A DNA stretch of 64,000 nt from a virus. Lineage: Duplodnaviria > Heunggongvirae > Uroviricota > Caudoviricetes. The position numbers were made by a program, and so were the translations under genes. Position 1 is the first letter of the stretch; the number at the start of each line of letters is the position of its first letter. The notes under the pieces are model-generated. The model worked only from the letters and a program-made list of their open reading frames with translations, had not been told where the DNA came from and made no database searches. The DNA is taken from positions 64,001 to 128,000 of the IMG/VR virus record IMGVR_UViG_3300030035_000081, one strand, 5' to 3'. Positions 41,992-51,577 of this stretch are shown in pieces.

Positions 41992-42564
41992 ATGAAGGTA
42001 AAAAGAATGATTAAGTCTGACGTTTCCACTTTCAAGGTTGGAGATATTATCAAGGTTAAACTCACCGATGGTGAAAAGGCACAGGCTATGGCAGTGCAGC
42101 AGGAAGAGGACGGCATGATTTTCTGCCTGGTTGATTGTCTGGCTAAAGAGTACCCGATGAATGAAACTTGTACCAATGAGGGTGGCTATGAAGCGTCCGA
42201 CCTGCGTAAGAAGCTGAATGGTGAAATCCTTGACCGCTTCCCGGCAGACCTCAAAGCACTCATGGTTCCGTTCGACAACGGTGACCTGCTCCGTCTGCCG
42301 ACTGAGAAAGAGATTCTCGGAGAGAACTACCACGGTGAGTATGAAAGCCCGTATGTGAAGCAGTGGAAGCCTATGAAGAAACGTAGAAACCGTATGGCGT
42401 TCGATGGCAGTAAGAATGAGAACTTGCAGTGGTACTGGCTGATGAACAAGGTCAGAGAATCCGTTTCTGGCTTCTCCGATGGCAGCAGCATCGGTGGCGC
42501 GGACTGCGGCAGCGCTTCTTCCTCTGGTGGCGTTCGCCCCGCTTTCAAACTCAAGAACCATTAA
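41992..42564 (+). CDS. DUF6273-like (CLec-fold) protein, putative DGR target 1
   Basis: GY..SDLRK.LN, LPT..E, WYWL...GVRPAF; hypervariable 42460..42540. Confidence 0.8.
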   Translation: MKVKRMIKSDVSTFKVGDIIKVKLTDGEKAQAMAVQQEEDGMIFCLVDCLAKEYPMNETCTNEGGYEASDLRKKLNGEILDRFPADLKALMVPFDNGDLLRLPTEKEILGENYHGEYESPYVKQWKPMKKRRNRMAFDGSKNENLQWYWLMNKVRESVSGFSDGSSIGGADCGSASSSGGVRPAFKLKNH

Positions 42565-42588
42565 CGCTTTTTGCACAAACTCTTTTTC

Positions 42589-42722
42589 TTGACCTTTTGT
42601 GCGAACGGCATAGAATAGTATTCGTACGATAGATACTATCCGCATGGACGCTATTTGCGTTCGTACAATTCACAATTCTGCTTTAAGGCGGACTTCCCGA
42701 TTTTTGGGAGGCCCGCCTTTTT
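42589..42722 (+). promoter_or_regulatory. Promoter-leader-attenuator module copy
   Basis: All sub-motifs; arms read ttcgtacga / ttcgtacaa. Confidence 0.92.
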
Positions 42723-42748
42723 GCATTTATCAGAAAGGAAGATTCTAA

Positions 42749-43315
42749 ATGACCGTTTACGATTACCGAGAAATCACCCTCAAAGATGACTTGTGCCTCG
42801 AAATAAGCCGTGACACGGACATCGAAAACCCACGCGAAAATGACTGCAATGCAGCCACTTTCTATTGTCTCAAAAGCCCTCGTCGCAAGATAGGCGACAT
42901 CATCGACAGTTCCTACTACCTGAACGAAACAAAGCGAACACTTGCGAAAACAGGTGAATATACTATTCTGCCCATTTTTTTCCGCGAACACAGTGGCATT
43001 GCACTCCGCACAATTCCGTTTCCTGACATTTGGGATTCTGCCTGCATCGGCTTTGCGGTCGCTAATATCAACGACTTCATGAAGCAGGGAAATTCCGATA
43101 TGCCCGTATCCCGCTGTGAAGCAATGTCCCGTGCTAAGGACTGCATCCGCAGCGAGCTCGAAGCATACAGCGACTATCTGCAGGGAAATTGCTGGCAATA
43201 CTGCATCACGGATGAGGACGGCAATGTCGTTGATTCCTGCAGCGGTTTTATCGGCGACGACCTTGAAAAGAACGGTATGCTGAACTACATCTGCGACTAC
43301 ATCGAGAAAAGATAA
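42749..43315 (+). CDS. Hypothetical protein
   Basis: D.D.ENPRE, HSGI, WDS..IGF, YL.G, DSC.GF.G pattern. Confidence 0.8.
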   Translation: MTVYDYREITLKDDLCLEISRDTDIENPRENDCNAATFYCLKSPRRKIGDIIDSSYYLNETKRTLAKTGEYTILPIFFREHSGIALRTIPFPDIWDSACIGFAVANINDFMKQGNSDMPVSRCEAMSRAKDCIRSELEAYSDYLQGNCWQYCITDEDGNVVDSCSGFIGDDLEKNGMLNYICDYIEKR

Positions 43316-43327
43316 GGAGAAAAGACG

Positions 43328-43930
43328 ATGAAAGTAAAAAGAATGATTAAGTCTGATGTTTCCACTTTCAAGGTTGGAGATATTATCAAGGTCAGACTCA
43401 CCGATGACGAAAAGGCACAGGCTATGGCAGTGCAGCAGGAAGAGGACGGCATGGTTTTCTGCCTGGTTGATTGTCTGGCTAAAGAGTACCCGATGAATGA
43501 AACCCGTACCAATGAGGGCGGCTATGAAGCGTCCGACCTGCGTAAGAAGTTGAATGGTGAAATCCTTGACCGCTTCCCGGCAGACCTCAAGGCACTCATG
43601 GTTCCGTTTGATAACGGTGACTTTCTCCGTATTCCTACTGAAAAGGAAATCCACGGAGAGAACTACTACGGGGAGTACGAAAGTCCGTATGTGACTCAGT
43701 GGAAGCCTATGAAGCTGCGTAGAAACCGTATGGCACTTAAGGGCAAGAATGGGAACATGCAGTGGTACTGGGTTCAGAACAAAGTTCGTGAGTCCGCTGC
43801 TACCTTTGCTTATGTCTACTCCAACGGCAATGCGGCCTGCTACAACGTTTCTCTCTCTATGGGCGTTCGCCCCGCTTTCAAAATCAGAAGCACCGTTGCG
43901 AAAAATCAACGAATCACCCATAGCGACTGA
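43328..43930 (+). CDS. DUF6273-like protein, putative DGR target 2
   Basis: Paralog of 41992; variable region 43793..43873. Confidence 0.8.
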   Translation: MKVKRMIKSDVSTFKVGDIIKVRLTDDEKAQAMAVQQEEDGMVFCLVDCLAKEYPMNETRTNEGGYEASDLRKKLNGEILDRFPADLKALMVPFDNGDFLRIPTEKEIHGENYYGEYESPYVTQWKPMKLRRNRMALKGKNGNMQWYWVQNKVRESAATFAYVYSNGNAACYNVSLSMGVRPAFKIRSTVAKNQRITHSD

Positions 43931-43989
43931 CAAAAACCGATACCACTAGCCATCTGCACTCGTTGCGGATGGCTTTTTGCTGTTCGCGC

Positions 43990-44121
43990 TTGCATTAACG
44001 TGCGACTGGCATACAATAGTAATTGTATGCCAGATACCATTTTACTTTGGGCGTTTTTCGCTCGTAAAATTTACAATTCTGCTTTGAGGCGGACTTCCTA
44101 ATTTTGGGGGTCCGCCTTTTT
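43990..44121 (+). promoter_or_regulatory. Promoter-leader-attenuator module copy
   Basis: Slightly degenerate arms (ttgtatgc / tcgtaaaa). Confidence 0.85.
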
Positions 44122-44276
44122 GCGTCAACAAAAAGAAAGGGGTGTAATAAATTTGCGGAAGGCAGTTTTTGGATTGCGATTGTTTGAATGACTTCGATTT
44201 TGCTGCACTGACCGTCTAAAAGGGTGTACTAAACTATATCCGTGACTACATCGAGAAAAGATAAGGAGAAAACACT

Positions 44277-44984
44277 ATGAAAATCACATTAAAAAGCAAT
44301 AACGGCAAGAGCGTCACCATCCCCATGGAAGACCTAATTCAAAAATACTGGGCAGACGAAAATGACAAGCCCAACCGCATCGAGATGTCTGCCACGGTTA
44401 AGGATGAGACCGTTCTTGCCGCCATGACGATTTGCGATGAGAAGGAGGAGAACTACCTGAGTGTTGACCTTGAGAGTCGAAATGAAAAGTTTGACACCGA
44501 AGCGCTCTGGTGTTCTCTTGAAGCTCCGAATACGCTGAATCCGTTCGTGACCGGATACTTGTATTCCGGCAACAACGAAACGGAAAGCGATGATTGGCTG
44601 GTTCGTATTGTGGACGGCTATCGAGCATCTGATGACGATTCTCCGCGAATCGTTTTCGCGAACAGAAGAACCATCAGCGTTCAGGATTTCCGTGAAGAAT
44701 CCGAGGGTGAAAACAAGTATAAGTGGTTTGCCGCCACGGAAAAACAGTTCGACAAGCCGTTCAGCTACGCTAATTTCGGAACACGCTTGGAGGAAGCCAC
44801 GCACGGCTATGTAGAGCGTATTCAATCCCTGATTGTCTCGAAGGATGAGGCTACTGTAAACCGCATTGCGGATATGCTGGATTCCATGGGTTTCGATGCT
44901 GTTACCGGATATTTCGACCCCAAGGAAGACGAACGCAACGGCGAGGTGGATTCTCTGACGGGATACTACTACGTCGATATCTAA
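44277..44984 (+). CDS. Hypothetical protein (family A)
   Basis: LEAPN....GYLYSG..ETESDDW; C-terminal TGY.DP domain shared with 45017. Confidence 0.85.
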   Translation: MKITLKSNNGKSVTIPMEDLIQKYWADENDKPNRIEMSATVKDETVLAAMTICDEKEENYLSVDLESRNEKFDTEALWCSLEAPNTLNPFVTGYLYSGNNETESDDWLVRIVDGYRASDDDSPRIVFANRRTISVQDFREESEGENKYKWFAATEKQFDKPFSYANFGTRLEEATHGYVERIQSLIVSKDEATVNRIADMLDSMGFDAVTGYFDPKEDERNGEVDSLTGYYYVDI

Positions 44985-45016
44985 AAACAACCAATTATAA
45001 CAAGGAGTACATTAAC

Positions 45017-45757
45017 ATGGAACTGAAACTTTCTTCTAATTTCAGCGAAAAACCCGTATCTGTCGTTGTCCCTATCGAGAAAGTTATCGAGGTGTTCTGG
45101 CCGAATGACGAGAAACCGCCTATTTCTCTTACCGTATCAACAGTTCTTGGCGCAGACAGTGCCAATGCGGAATTTTCTCTTGGTGAAGAAACCAAAGAGT
45201 CCTATCCCGGCATTTGGCTTACGACCGATAATGTTAAAAGCCATCGCCACTGTTCTTGGTTCCGCCTCGAGCTGCCGAACGATACAAACGACATCGTAAT
45301 GGGTCATCTTTACGCCGGTGATGATGATATGGAGACTGACCAGCCTCTTGCCATCATTGCTGACGGTATTCGTGCTGACGGGGATGAATCAAAACGCATC
45401 CTTTGGGTCGATGAAGATGTAACATGCGTTAAATCCATGAATGACGATTATCTGAATCGTCAGAAAGCCATCACCGAAAAGCAACTCAGTGACCTTTCTT
45501 CCGGGATTTTTCTTCAAAATTTCGATTATATCGTTTACGGCAAGCGCCTTGCATCCAAATCTGAAAACACTGTGGAGTTCGTGGAAAACACTATCGTTTC
45601 CCACAACAAACAGGAGCTCGATGTGGTTGCGAGCGGCATGGAAGCTATGGGGCTTTCGGTCGAGACGGGTTATTACGACCCAGACGACGAGTCCTCCGTT
45701 GATGTGCCAAAGCAGCTCGTCGGCTTCCATTACGTCGTTCTGAAGAAAAAGGTCTAA
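45017..45757 (+). CDS. Hypothetical protein (family A)
   Basis: YPGIWL, LELPN, LYAGDDD.ETD. Confidence 0.85.
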   Translation: MELKLSSNFSEKPVSVVVPIEKVIEVFWPNDEKPPISLTVSTVLGADSANAEFSLGEETKESYPGIWLTTDNVKSHRHCSWFRLELPNDTNDIVMGHLYAGDDDMETDQPLAIIADGIRADGDESKRILWVDEDVTCVKSMNDDYLNRQKAITEKQLSDLSSGIFLQNFDYIVYGKRLASKSENTVEFVENTIVSHNKQELDVVASGMEAMGLSVETGYYDPDDESSVDVPKQLVGFHYVVLKKKV

Positions 45758-45773
45758 CCCATAGGAGGTTTAT

Positions 45774-46664
45774 ATGCACTACAAAACTATCACAAAGGAA
45801 ATCTTCGATTCCTATATCGCAAATGACTCGGATACCGTTCTGGAAGGTGCTGTCACCAACACTTTCGGAAACACTACTTTTTGGCGCTTTGTGCGCGTTC
45901 CTTTGGCTAAGGGAGAACATTATGTCGAAGCCCTCTACGCGCAGAGCTCCTTCTCTTTCCCTCTGGCTATGGGCGTGAACCATTTCAGCATTAAGAATGG
46001 TCTCGAGTTCATGGCGTTCATCGTTGACCACAAAGAGACCTACTGCAAGTCTGTTGAGTTTGCTCTGCTCTTTGACGATTATAGGCAGGCTAATTCTAAC
46101 TGGGTCACGGCTGAAATGAGAGAAAAGTTTCTCGCATACATCGAGAAGAACTACACTCCCTCCGCCGAGGTGATGAAGGACAAGAGGTTTCAGTCCTTGA
46201 CATACGACAACGCCATCAAGCAGTATGTTTATGACCGGAACAACGATACCACTTCGCTCGATGTGATGTTGAAACTTCTGGAGAAATTCGATGATTCTGT
46301 TGTCGTTGACTACCTTGCAAACCCCACCGGATGGGAAGAGCGGTTTGCCAAGGTTCTGGAACAGTCTGGAATTTGGGATTCGTTCGCCAAGGAGTTTGCC
46401 GAACCTTTTGTGGCATATCTGGTTCAGGCCCGGCAACATCTGGATGCGTTCAGCGCGGACCCTTCTTGCTGGGAAAGCGTCTGTAAGAATCTGATGGCTG
46501 CTGTCTAAGACCGCAAAAATGTTCGTCTGAACATTGAAGCTGGCGGCAAGTCGATGCAAGTCGTGTATCCTGCTGTCGGTATTGAGTCCTACGATACGAT
46601 TAGGACTAAAAGTCTTAGCGGATGGATATTACGACACAAACGGCAACTCATATTCATCTGGTAA
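45774..46664 (+). pseudogene. Family B paralog with in-frame TAA and truncated 3' end
   Basis: After TAA 46506..46508 the frame continues DRKNVRLNIEAGGKSMQVVYP, matching KNIRLVIEANGKEMQVQYP of 32057. Confidence 0.8.
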
Positions 46665-46784
46665 ATGTAAGTTTGTTGCCAAAAACAAAGGGATTGTTTT
46701 TGCATAAATTGGTAGACCACCAATTTTCGTAAGAAATCCCACCAAAAATAATAAATATCCCAATCTAAAACGGAGGAAAACAAA

Positions 46785-47357
46785 ATGAAAGTAAAAGGAA
46801 TGATTGAGCCTGACGTTCATGCTTCCAAGGTCGGAGACGTCATCGATGTCAAACTCGCAGGTGGTGTAAAGGTGCAGGCTATGGCAGTGCAGCAAGAAGA
46901 GGACGGCATGATTTTCTGCTTGGTTGATTGTCTGCCTGGTGAGTACCCGATGAACAGCACCCGTACCAATGAAGGAGGTTACGAAGAGAGTGACCTGCGT
47001 AAGAAGCTGAATAGTGAGATTCTGAATCTCTTCCCGGCAGAACTCACGGATATGATGACTCCGTTTGACAACGGTGACCTGCTCCGTCTGCCGACTGAGA
47101 AGGAGATTTTCGGTGAGAACTACTACGGTGAGTACGAAAGCCCGTATGTGAAGCAGTGGAAGCCGATGAAGAAGCGCAGAAACCGCATGGCGTTCGATGG
47201 AACTAAGGAAGAGAACTTGCAGTGGTACTGGCTGATAAACAAGGTCAGAGAATCCGCTGCTTCCTTCTCCTCTGTCTCCGGCAACGGTTATGCGCACGCC
47301 AGCTTCGCTTCTTCCTCTTATGGCGTTCGCCCCGCTTTCAAACTCAAGAACCATTAA
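46785..47357 (+). CDS. DUF6273-like protein, putative DGR target 3
   Basis: Paralog of 41992; variable region 47253..47333. Confidence 0.8.
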   Translation: MKVKGMIEPDVHASKVGDVIDVKLAGGVKVQAMAVQQEEDGMIFCLVDCLPGEYPMNSTRTNEGGYEESDLRKKLNSEILNLFPAELTDMMTPFDNGDLLRLPTEKEIFGENYYGEYESPYVKQWKPMKKRRNRMAFDGTKEENLQWYWLINKVRESAASFSSVSGNGYAHASFASSSYGVRPAFKLKNH

Positions 47358-47381
47358 CGCTTTTTGCACAAACTCTTTTTC

Positions 47382-47474
47382 TTGACCTTTTGTGCGAACG
47401 GCATAAAATAGTATTCGTACAATTTACAATCCTGCTTCGAGGCGGACTTCCCGATTTTGGGAGGTCCGCTTTTT
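47382..47474 (+). promoter_or_regulatory. Collapsed module copy (leader interior deleted)
   Basis: Matches 42589 copy but has only one ttcgtac. Confidence 0.9.
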
Positions 47475-47501
47475 GCGTTCAAAAAAGGAGTGTATTTGAA
47501 A

Positions 47502-48227
47502 ATGGTGAACAAAGCAACCAGTACCACTTGTCATTCATGCGACAATCCGTACTTTGTGCGAGCACAAATCATCGCAAAAAGCGCTGGTAGTCCCGCGTAT
47601 CGGTTCGGAATCGATGAAAGCGTAAGTCTTCCGGGGAACCAGCATGGCTTTGTCAGAGACATACTTGACGGCGGAAAGATATATGTCGTGCAGATGTTCG
47701 AATCTACCGAATACCGCTGCTATGCGTGGCTCGATATGAGACCGGAATACGGATACAAAGACATCGGTTCCGTTTACGGGAAACCGAATCCTTACAAGCC
47801 GCTTCCGGTCAGCAACTACAATCACACGGTCCGATTTTTGCTGGGTTTTCTGTACTTCTATGATGTTGACATGACGCCTGGCTATCAGAGCCGTTACGCC
47901 TGGAATGAGGCTCGAAAGGTCGCATATCTTGCCGATATTTTCGCCGGGAAAAGCGCCGGAGAAATCGTATTTCAGGAAATTCCGTCGTCTGACCCGATGC
48001 CAAAGTATCAACTCATCAAAGGAGAGCAGGAAGCCATCACCCTTCGAGAGTTTTACGAGAATCGGCTTTTGTACAAAAAAGCATGCTACAACGACATTCG
48101 TGCAGATGATATTTTCTGGTTCAGACAGACCATGTTGCGAATGATTGTCTACAACGCAAAACACGAACCTTCCACCGAGCACGAAGACATTGCGATTATC
48201 GGCGGGATTCTTTTCGGAAGATACTAA
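47502..48227 (+). CDS. Degenerate DUF262-like paralog of 29971
   Basis: AG.P.YRF, IL.GG..Y, C.AW, P.YQ...W; DG.QR degenerate. Confidence 0.75.
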   Translation: MVNKATSTTCHSCDNPYFVRAQIIAKSAGSPAYRFGIDESVSLPGNQHGFVRDILDGGKIYVVQMFESTEYRCYAWLDMRPEYGYKDIGSVYGKPNPYKPLPVSNYNHTVRFLLGFLYFYDVDMTPGYQSRYAWNEARKVAYLADIFAGKSAGEIVFQEIPSSDPMPKYQLIKGEQEAITLREFYENRLLYKKACYNDIRADDIFWFRQTMLRMIVYNAKHEPSTEHEDIAIIGGILFGRY

Positions 48228-48246
48228 TACAAAAAAGGAGAATATT

Positions 48247-49566
48247 ATGAAAATCCAAAAAATCAACACAGGCATCCTTATCACCAAAACCGCGAAGCAG
48301 CCGAGCATGAAAATCGAGTTTTCTCTGGATGAGCTCGATGCGCTTTCGGAGTTCTGCGAGAGATTGCAGGACGAAAAGGATATCAGAGAATACCTCAACA
48401 CTGCGGTGACTATTCCGGATTCTGCCGAAGTATCGGCTCCCGTTGCTGCCAAGTATCTGCGCGATGCAGCCCTCTTTGAGCAGCTCGTGGACGAAACCAG
48501 ACGGAATCAGGAAGAAAACCAGAGCGATTTCCTCACTGCCGTCAGCGATGCGGTTTCTTCCATCGAGAAAAGCCGCGATGTCAAAGAATGGCATGGTTTG
48601 ACGAAGGAGACTGCGGAGCGTTTCGCCCGTGAATTCATGGCAGAACGGAATCCCGGTCGTTGGTCGGGGTTTGGTGAGGTCCCTGAAAGTGTCAGTTTTG
48701 ACCCCCTCAATTTTCCCATCAATGACATTTATCCCAAAGGCAACAAACCCGCCCTTCGTATGCAGCTTATCAGTGTGACCTATCCCAGCCTTCACAGAGT
48801 TTGTGAGTGCAGCATTATCGAGGATGGTGTTGACCTGTGGGCCCGCCGTACGCTGGATTCCATGACAGCCGGAACTGTCGAGGATTTGGTCGAGACTGTT
48901 CTGTATGTGGCACGCATGTACGAGAGAAGCAAGTGCTTTGAACGCATCTTTGTGAACCGCATTCAGATGGAGGAGTCGGAATACGATGCTCTTATCCGCC
49001 ATCTCAATGACCCTGACAGCATCGACGACGAGTATCAAATCAGTGATGTCGTCTTTGCTGCAGACAACACCATTGCTTCCGTCCTTTGGAAAGGAAACAG
49101 CAAAGATGGTGTTTCTGGTATGGTAACGCTTGCCATGAACGGCAAGACGGTATACAAGACAAAGAACACCAAGGCATTCTGCAACCATTGGATTCTTCCA
49201 TACAACGGTGCCGAATACCATGTTCTTGTCGATGTACTTCCAAAGAAAACCGTTCTGGAAGAAACTATATATGTCAACAAACCGTATGCTGAGCGCATTA
49301 AGAAGTACCTTCGCGGCGCGGAAGTGCAAGGCGATGGTTCTTCGCTGAGCAAGACTGCGAAATTCTCCGACGGGTTTGAAATGGACATCCGCTGCTGCGG
49401 CGGCAAGGACGATTCTTGGACTGAGGCTATCCTGTACGATAATACCGGCAAGGAAGTTGTCGCCACTGAGCCCTGCGATGGCTTTACCGGCTGCTGGGAA
49501 TTGAAGGACGAAGACACCAACACGGTATATCGCGCCCATGTCATGACAAAATCAAACCTCAACTAA
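48247..49566 (+). CDS. Hypothetical protein (family C)
   Basis: Paralog of 33336. Confidence 0.85.
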   Translation: MKIQKINTGILITKTAKQPSMKIEFSLDELDALSEFCERLQDEKDIREYLNTAVTIPDSAEVSAPVAAKYLRDAALFEQLVDETRRNQEENQSDFLTAVSDAVSSIEKSRDVKEWHGLTKETAERFAREFMAERNPGRWSGFGEVPESVSFDPLNFPINDIYPKGNKPALRMQLISVTYPSLHRVCECSIIEDGVDLWARRTLDSMTAGTVEDLVETVLYVARMYERSKCFERIFVNRIQMEESEYDALIRHLNDPDSIDDEYQISDVVFAADNTIASVLWKGNSKDGVSGMVTLAMNGKTVYKTKNTKAFCNHWILPYNGAEYHVLVDVLPKKTVLEETIYVNKPYAERIKKYLRGAEVQGDGSSLSKTAKFSDGFEMDIRCCGGKDDSWTEAILYDNTGKEVVATEPCDGFTGCWELKDEDTNTVYRAHVMTKSNLN

Positions 49567-49611
49567 CCAATAGCATTCAGCCGTCTGCCTTCGGGTGGGC
49601 GGCATTTTTTC

Positions 49612-49746
49612 TTGCCAAACTATGCGAACGGCATAGAATAGTTATTGTACGATAGATATCATCTACTAAGGCGCAATCCTGCGTTCGTACAATTCATAAT
49701 CTGCAAACATTCAGGCAGACTCATCTCCGGGTGAGCCTGCTTTTTT
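49612..49746 (+). promoter_or_regulatory. Promoter-leader-attenuator module copy
   Basis: All sub-motifs present. Confidence 0.92.
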
Positions 49747-49776
49747 GTTTGCGAACGACAAAAAAGGAGCTTTGCA

Positions 49777-50040
49777 ATGAAAACATTTATTCTCGAAAAC
49801 ATCTACATGAGCGATATGTCCGCCCCGTCCGTTTGTTCTACCGACCGGTTCCCCACATTTGAATCGGCTATGGAAGAAGCCCACAAGCAGTTCAAGGAAG
49901 AAGCGAAAACTTATCGTAAATCCTACGGGGCTGATAACATCACCACTGAGGAATGCTATCGCGACCTCTATATCAAAGGCCCCGATTTCATCGATTGGTG
50001 GACAGTTGTTGAGGTCCCGACTACCGAGGAGGAGAACTAA
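49777..50040 (+). CDS. Hypothetical protein
   Basis: AAGGAG RBS. Confidence 0.75.
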   Translation: MKTFILENIYMSDMSAPSVCSTDRFPTFESAMEEAHKQFKEEAKTYRKSYGADNITTEECYRDLYIKGPDFIDWWTVVEVPTTEEEN

Positions 50041-50519
50041 TGAGCACACCAAGCTTTATCGGAGTTCTTTGCAAAGAAGGAATCATCAAGTTCGTCTATT
50101 GCCATTCTGATGGCTACCCGTCTTATCTTGGCAAGATGCTTCTTGAGCATTACAACACCCCGGAACTTGCAACAGCACTCGTTGACCTCGGAAGCCTTTC
50201 AATGGTTCGTGAGCGTCTTGCCCCGGACGATGGAGAAACGCACGGATTTGATACACCTGTTCGTCACGGTACTAAAGGTGGCATAACAACTGCCTATCAT
50301 CGGGACAGAGGAGACGACTTGGAAATCGACAGCGTAGTAGTCGATACTCCTGTTGTTTTGAAAAACGCTGAGACTCTATTCCTGAACATTCTCAAAGAGG
50401 AAAACATCACCTATGGTTATCTGTACAATATTGCAGATAAACTCTGGTATGCCGCTGATACAGTTCAAGACAACAGCTTCTTTGTTCTGGACGAGAACTT
50501 CATTAACGCTCACACTTAA
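50040..50519 (+). CDS. Hypothetical phage-type protein
   Basis: MST...IG....YCH.DGYP..LG..L..HY, AYHRDRG. Confidence 0.8.
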   Translation: MSTPSFIGVLCKEGIIKFVYCHSDGYPSYLGKMLLEHYNTPELATALVDLGSLSMVRERLAPDDGETHGFDTPVRHGTKGGITTAYHRDRGDDLEIDSVVVDTPVVLKNAETLFLNILKEENITYGYLYNIADKLWYAADTVQDNSFFVLDENFINAHT

Positions 50520-50758
50520 CCAAATGGGAAAGAGCCCGCAAACAACAGCAAAACGGCTCTGGAGGATGCTTTTAAGAAGCTGGTCAAACGCGACAGCAAA
50601 GGTCGTATCGACTATTCTTACAACGATGGGTTTGACGGTTTTCGGTATGGTCAGGAGCTTCTGTGCTTCTGCGATATCGAGACTGCCGCTCAGCGCCTTA
50701 GCATCTGACACCTATACCACAGACCTAAAACCAGTCATACAAAAAGGAGTTCAATACC

Positions 50759-51418
50759 ATGAGTTACGGTTTTGACATGGGCTTTGCGCAGGCGAACAGT
50801 TTGCAGGAAGCTATGGCGATTGCGCTGGAATACACGCAATCGCAAATGACCGAAAAGAATGTCAAGAAGAGCATTAGGGACAATCTGTATTATATTCCAT
50901 CGGTTCGTACCGGATACATTGCTGATGAAGAAAGCAAAACACGCAGGGCTGATGTACTTGCAGACACTGCCGACAGGTATTGGCTCGAAGCACTGTTTAC
51001 TTTTCGCTTTCTGTATTGGAAAGAACATAAGTTGCTTGGTATCGTCATGATGCCACCTGAAAGTGTAAACGAAAAGTGGCCGCTGAGTGTGTATTTCCAG
51101 AATTCATGCGACCAAGATTATCCTCTCTCTGACTGGAAAGAAGGGAACATCCCGTTTTTTGCGAATGCCGCTGCAAAAGCAGAAAACTATACGGCAGAAG
51201 AAATCCGTGCAAAGGTTGATTACGAAATCGAAGATGAGGACCTTGAATATTATCGTCGCAGCACTTGCTACAATGACATTTTTGAGACGCTCGCTCTCGA
51301 ACCGTGGCTGTACAGCCATTGTACGGATGTGCCATTCGTAACTTTTGCTTTGCAGGGGATTCAGAACGAAGCCGAGCGATACCGGTATCTGCAATGGCTG
51401 AAAGCCGAAATCCAATAG
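50759..51418 (+). CDS. Hypothetical protein
   Basis: AAGGAG RBS; YFQNSCDQDY. Confidence 0.8.
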   Translation: MSYGFDMGFAQANSLQEAMAIALEYTQSQMTEKNVKKSIRDNLYYIPSVRTGYIADEESKTRRADVLADTADRYWLEALFTFRFLYWKEHKLLGIVMMPPESVNEKWPLSVYFQNSCDQDYPLSDWKEGNIPFFANAAAKAENYTAEEIRAKVDYEIEDEDLEYYRRSTCYNDIFETLALEPWLYSHCTDVPFVTFALQGIQNEAERYRYLQWLKAEIQ

Positions 51419-51425
51419 CTGGTAC

Positions 51426-51559
51426 TTGCCCCAGTGTGCGAACCGCATAAAACAGTAACTGTACGATAGATACTATCTAAAGCACAATTCGTGTTCGTAC
51501 AATTCACAATCTGCAAACAAGCGGACTTCCCAAATTCTGGGAGGCCCGCTTGTTGTTTT
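51426..51559 (+). promoter_or_regulatory. Promoter-leader-attenuator module copy
   Basis: All sub-motifs; weak T-tract. Confidence 0.88.
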
Positions 51560-51577
51560 ACGACGAAAGGAGTTTTT

